Positions 58,763 to 64,000 of a stretch of DNA of 64,000 nt are shown here, one piece after another (position 1 is the stretch's first letter; the number at the start of each line of letters is the position of its first letter). This DNA is from Octopus vulgaris. Lineage: Eukaryota. The notes beneath the pieces are model-generated. The model saw only the letters and a list, made by a program, of their open reading frames with translations, was not told the origin of the DNA and did not search any database. The stretch covers positions 40,424,001 through 40,488,000 of the forward strand of contig OX597839.1 of NCBI GenBank assembly GCA_951406725.2, in the 5' to 3' direction. The position numbers were made by a program, and so were the translations under genes.

Positions 58763-59051
58763 ATAGAAGGAAGGATCCAGAGACGGGAAGACGGAGGAAA
58801 AAATCGCCAACGGTACACACGCGGTCACATTACATACATATATTACGTTTTTCTTTAGTGTTTCTATTTTTCAGCAATCTTTTTTCTTCTTTTCTTTCTT
58901 TCTTTACTACCTGTTCATTTGTTGAAGCCCTTCCTTTCTTGCTTGTTTCATGTTGTACCCCCTTTCTTCTCTTATATATATATATATATATATATATTAA
59001 GTGTAGGAAGAAATGGAGCTGAACGAAGATTTAACAAAATTCCTTTTTATT

Positions 59052-59137
59052 ATTTTCTACATATGTTTCGAAGGCTGCAAAGTCCCTAATTCGGATTGAA
59101 TAAGGAGTCCATTTTGCAGCCTTCTCTTGAGGAAAAT
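59052..59137 (-). ncRNA. Degenerate type I hammerhead ribozyme (G5 mutated)
   Basis: Minus: ATTTTC-CTCAAGA-GAAGGCTGCAAA...TTTGCAGCCTTC-GAAA-CATATG-TA-GAAAAT; 6-bp stem I, 12-bp stem II. Confidence 0.6.
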
Positions 59138-59435
59138 CCAGGAACTTAATTCTCCAACAAAATGCACAGCAATATATATATATGGTTATAACGTATGGTG
59201 TGTGTAAGCGCAACAGAATTCTATAGCTGGCGAATTATAATCTGCTTCGTCGTAATATAATTTTAAAATATAATAAAATATAAACTGGTGAAAATTTCCT
59301 GAACTTTTCACGTCACCTTTTTACCATTTTGCCTATTAAATATTTTGCATATAAGTTGCATACATAGGGGAAATAATCAGAAGTTGAAGATGTATCAATT
59401 TCTTTTCTTACATACATATGTTCGTGTGTGTACAC

Positions 59436-59543
<108 letters not shown>

Positions 59544-59788
59544 AATATACAGAAGAATACAAGTCGAAGTCATCTGTATGAACAAAAAACAGATGTGCGT
59601 GGTATAGGTACAAAGTCATATTTGAATGACCTTGATCCGTTTTTACTGTATTTAGCTTCACAAAACTTTTATCTAACTTTTCCATATTTTTCGTATTTAA
59701 AATCAGTTGCTTTTCGATAATTAAATAGGCACACATATATATCATCTGTAATGTTTATCATTCAAAATTGAAAGTTTATTGCCCGACA

Positions 59789-59888
<100 letters not shown>

Positions 59889-59908
59889 AAGAAGAAGAAG
59901 AAGAATAC

Positions 59909-59990
<82 letters not shown>

Positions 59991-60401
59991 AAGAAGAAGA
60001 AGAAGAAGAAGAAGAAGAAGAAGAAGAAGAAGAAGAAAATAATAATAATAATATATCTATATATATTTTATTTCTACATGCGAAGAAAAACGCATCCTTT
60101 TAAGTAACGATATGACCAACAAACATACCCTTTCAAAAATGCTGAAGCGTTTCTTTTTTATATAATATAACCGATTACATCTGAGCTTGTTAAAATTAGA
60201 TATATAATAATATCAGGAAGTATGAAACCAGTAATAGATTAATAGAACACGCCAAAATATTTGTCAGGGTAACAATGTTTTTATTATTTGTATTTCTTAA
60301 AAATGCATCTTCTTAAATAGGATGTATGATTTTAACGCTATTTCAGAGCAAATATACTTTTGTCTCCACAAATGGAAATCCTATATGAAATATTCCAAGA
60401 T

Positions 60402-60645
60402 AGGTGCAGTGTGACTGTGTGGTAAGAATTGTGCTTCCCAACTACATGGTTCTTGCTTCAGTACTGCAGCATGACACCTTGGGCAAGTGTTGTCAGTGTA
60501 TGTAGGTCCCGTAATCTACCGGTTCGGCCAAAGTGCCCGATTGAAGTACCAAGTTATAAAAAACTAAGTGCAGGTGTCGATTCATTCAACTAAAAAACGC
60601 TCAAGGCACTGCTCCAACATCGACGCTGTCAAATGACTGAATTAA
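60402..60645 (+). mobile_element. SINE family A, internally deleted and degenerate
   Basis: aggtgcagtgtgactgtgtggtaag...caccttgggcaagtgt joined to cccgtaatctaccggttcggc...gtcaaatgactgaa. Confidence 0.75.
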
Positions 60646-61003
60646 TTAAACTATACTCAACATGATAACGCCGTGTAAACTATTAACGAACTGTTGAAAG
60701 AGCAATGCTTTGTGAATAAATTTGGTAGATGTTATGTCTCAAAAAAGGAGACGTAACAAATTATCTAATTCAGCCCGATCGTGGTGTATATTACTAGAAC
60801 CTAAGTCTGCATTCGCAAGGAGTGCCAGTGGACACCGGCTACTGATAACGCACAAAAATACAGAAATATGTACATAGCTGCTATTCCGCCATTATAGCTA
60901 TGTACTTTTCAGCTGCCACTGATATGTTTCTGTGTTTTTTTAAGGAGATCTTTCCTCAAAATAAATATCCCTTCTAAGGCTTGTATATTTCCGTTAAATA
61001 TGA

Positions 61004-61066
<63 letters not shown>

Positions 61067-61115
61067 ACATACATACATATATAAATATGTGGATATATGT
61101 ATGGCTGTATGTATG

Positions 61116-61149
<34 letters not shown>

Positions 61150-61344
61150 TGTATGTATGTATGTATGTAGGTATGTATGTATGTATGTATGTATATATAA
61201 TGTACGTATGTATGTATGTATGTCGGCATATATTAAATTCAATTTGGTATTAGGAAAATGAGATTAAGTGTCCAGAATTATCTGTTATTAACCAAGTTAA
61301 AAGATTTCTCTCCTAGAAAACCTTCAACTGAGGATTGAATTTTG

Positions 61345-61473
<129 letters not shown>

Positions 61474-61579
61474 TATATATATATACATATATATATATTA
61501 TATGTTTGTGTGTGTGTGTGTTTTCTCCAAGAATCCGCCAAAATGTAATGGCTTTAGCAAAAAGGCGACACCCACATCA

Positions 61580-61747
61580 AGTTACAAGGAATTGTTTCAC
61601 CTGGTTGATTTAATTCGAAACATCTCCAGTAACACCGCTGCGTCTTCTGCAGAATTTACATTCGCGAGCCTGAAAGGAATAAATACTTACTTTAATGGAT
61701 CACAAACCCAGGAAAGTCTAAGTTACTACGTTTTTATTCTCCAGTGA
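61580..61747 (+). mobile_element. hAT transposase C-terminal dimerisation domain remnant
   Basis: [30 protein letters not shown] aligns by eye to the hAT Dimer_Tnp motif TSASAERSFSALKRIKTYLRS.MSQERL. Confidence 0.65.
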
Positions 61748-62198
61748 AAATAATGGAAAAGAAAAAAAAAACGGCGCAGTTTGAATCGAAGTGAAGATGT
61801 TCACTGTGATGTGAAATCTTGGAACCTAATTTGGTTTCTGTAAAAAAAAAAAAGAAACAATGCAAGGTAGAATGGAACAAACATACAGGTGAATTAAGTA
61901 AAGAAAATTATCTGGTGCTTTTATCTTAAAATTTATGCAGAGAAGAAACCTCTATCTTTTGTTGCAGTTAATAAAATTTATAGAATATTAGAAATTCAGT
62001 TTGTTTATGCATGACAGTTTCATATTATCTGCATTGCAATCTGTGTTGCCTGAAGGTTGTTTATGCAATTTTTTACGAATATTTATAACAGGGTACGTGC
62101 AATATCATAGCACAAAATACATACCGTGGAGAACAACCACCATAGCAAAAAATACACCACTGGCTTTATATGCGCATGTGTAAGCGAGCTGGTGGTAA

Positions 62199-63090
62199 GG
62201 CGGTGAGATGGCAGAATCGTTAGCACGCCGGGCGAAATGCTTAGCGGTATTTCGGCTGCCGTTACGTTCTGAGTTCAAATTCCGCCGAGGTCGACTTTGC
62301 CTTTCATCCTTTCGGGGTCGATTAAATAAGTACCAGTTACGCACTGGGGTCGATGTAATCGACTTAATCCGTTTGTCTGTCCTTGTTTGTCCCCTCTGTG
62401 TGTAGCTCCTTGTGGGTAATAAAGAAATAGGTATTTAGTCTGCTGCTACGTTTTGAGTTCAAATTCCGCCGAGGTCGACTTTGCCTTTCATCCTTTCGGG
62501 GTCGATAAAATAAGTACCAGTTACGCACTGGGGTCGATGTAATCGACTTAATCCGTTTGTCTGTCCTTGTTTGTCCCCTCTGTGTGTAGCTCCTTGTGGG
62601 TAATAAAGAAATAGGTATTTAGTCTGCTGCTACGTTTGAGTTCAAATTCCGCCGAGGTCGACTTTGCCTTTCATCCTTTCGGGGTCGATAAATTAAGTAC
62701 CAGTTACGCACTCGGGTCGATGTAATCGACTTAATCCATTTGTCTGTCCTTGTTTGTCCCCTCTGTGTGTAGCTCCTTGTGGGTAATAAAGAAATAGGTA
62801 TTTAGTCTGCTGCTACGTTTTGAGTTCAAATTCCGCCGAGGTCGACTTTGCCTTTCATCCTTTCGGGGTCGATAAATTAAGTACCAGTTACGCACTGGGG
62901 TCTATGTAATCGACTTAATCCGTTTGTCTGTCCTTGTTTGTCCCCTCTGTGTGTAGCCCCTTGTGGGTAATAAAAAATAGGTATTTCGTCTGTCTTTACG
63001 TTCTGAGTTCAAATTCCGCCGATGTCGACTTTGCCTTTCCTCTTTTCGAAGACGATAAATTAAATACCAGTTGCGTACTGGGGTCAATCT
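62199..63090 (+). mobile_element. SINE family B head plus four tandem 183-184-bp tailed units plus older body
   Basis: GGTATTT unit starts at 62246, 62430, 62614, 62797 and 62980; units 1-4 end in cttgtgggtaataaa(g/a)aaata. Confidence 0.95.
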
Positions 63091-63374
63091 AATCTGCCTA
63101 GTGGAGAAAAGATTATGTATGTATATGGGTATATATCTGTACATATGTGTGTGTGCGTTGTTCAAGGGTGACGTAAATAGCAACTCAAACGCGAGGGAAA
63201 AAATAAATAAGCATAGATTTGGTTTGAGATTTGACTCTCAAAAAATGGGTAACAAAATGATGAAATATTTTTTAATGCCTCGAGTATACGGTCTTCTGCT
63301 GAATGGTAAGACAGAGATGGAAGTATCTATATATATGTATATCGATGTATGTATGTATATGTATGCATCTATGC

Positions 63375-63407
<33 letters not shown>

Positions 63408-63500
63408 TGTATGTATGTATGTATGTATGTATGTATGTGTGTATATATATATATGCATCTATTCATATATGTATGTATGTATGTACGTAGGTATGTATGT

Positions 63501-64000
63501 CGTTGTTCAGTTATATTTCAAGATTTCTTGCCAATAGAGAAAGATTCAGTTTCCAACCAAGATTCAAGTCTCATTCGTTGGAATTTCACCATCAACAGGA
63601 TATTTTGTTAGTATGTATGTATGTATGTATGTATGTATGTATATATGTATGTATGTATATGTAGATTTGTATGTTTTGTTTTATGTATGTATTCTCATAC
63701 ATATAGTTGCTTATCTAGACATACTCATATATATTTAAGTGATAAACTTCTGGATACTACAGAATTTTACAGTTCCAGTGTTGGACCGGATCTGTAGTCT
63801 TCGAATTAGCTTTCTCCCTTCTGATTTTGAGAAGCCTAATTTCTCAAGACTGGTATTTAGGTAGTGTGTTACATATCCCATGGGCCCAATAATTACAGGT
63901 ACAAACCCAAACTTGTCATCTGGATAGAATAACTGCAGTTCAGCATAGGTGTTCTGATTTCCAGCTTTAGGTTAACATCCGCTGGGCAGCTAATTTCAAC
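63501..64000 (-). mobile_element. R4/Dong-like LINE 3' end (RLE domain), runs off the window
   Basis: Minus peptides VEISCPADVNLKL and (frameshifted) YPDDKFGFVPVIIGPMGYVT...LIRRLQIRSNTGTVKFC are homologous to the 6810-7190 peptide; the 3' UTR ends at (GTAT)n. Confidence 0.75.

Overview
Eukaryotic, AT-rich, non-coding, repeat-dominated DNA. No intact host protein-coding gene, rRNA, tRNA gene or CRISPR array is supportable. Nearly all listed ORFs are translations of microsatellites: (TA)n, (CA)n, (GTAT)n, (TAGA)n, (AAT)n, (GAT)n, (TTC)n. The extreme microsatellite load and the dispersed tRNA-headed SINE families resemble an octopus (coleoid cephalopod) genome; this is pattern recall, not a database result. 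Recognisable content: about 11 copies of SINE family A, about 15 copies or fragments of SINE family B, and one copy of a third SINE. Decayed LINE fragments include L1/Tx1-like, two R4/Dong-like with a restriction-like endonuclease, RTE 5' and 3' ends, and an L2/CR1-group fragment. Also present are a hAT transposase remnant, Tc1/mariner- and Kolobok-like MITEs, Helentron/DINE-like elements and minisatellites. The most interesting signals form a set of microsatellite- and repeat-associated mobile elements. (i) Short (TA)n-embedded elements carry minimal hammerhead-ribozyme folds, several with a CCGACGA core variant. (ii) A SINE-B derivative carries the 3' tail of a Tx1-like LINE and is stacked four times at one internal site of a host SINE. 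(iii) A ~450-bp element sits inside (TAA)n tracts in both copies. (iv) Two R4/Dong-like LINE ends both abut (GTAT)n. Family names A-D are my own labels, and coordinates of degenerate copies are approximate.
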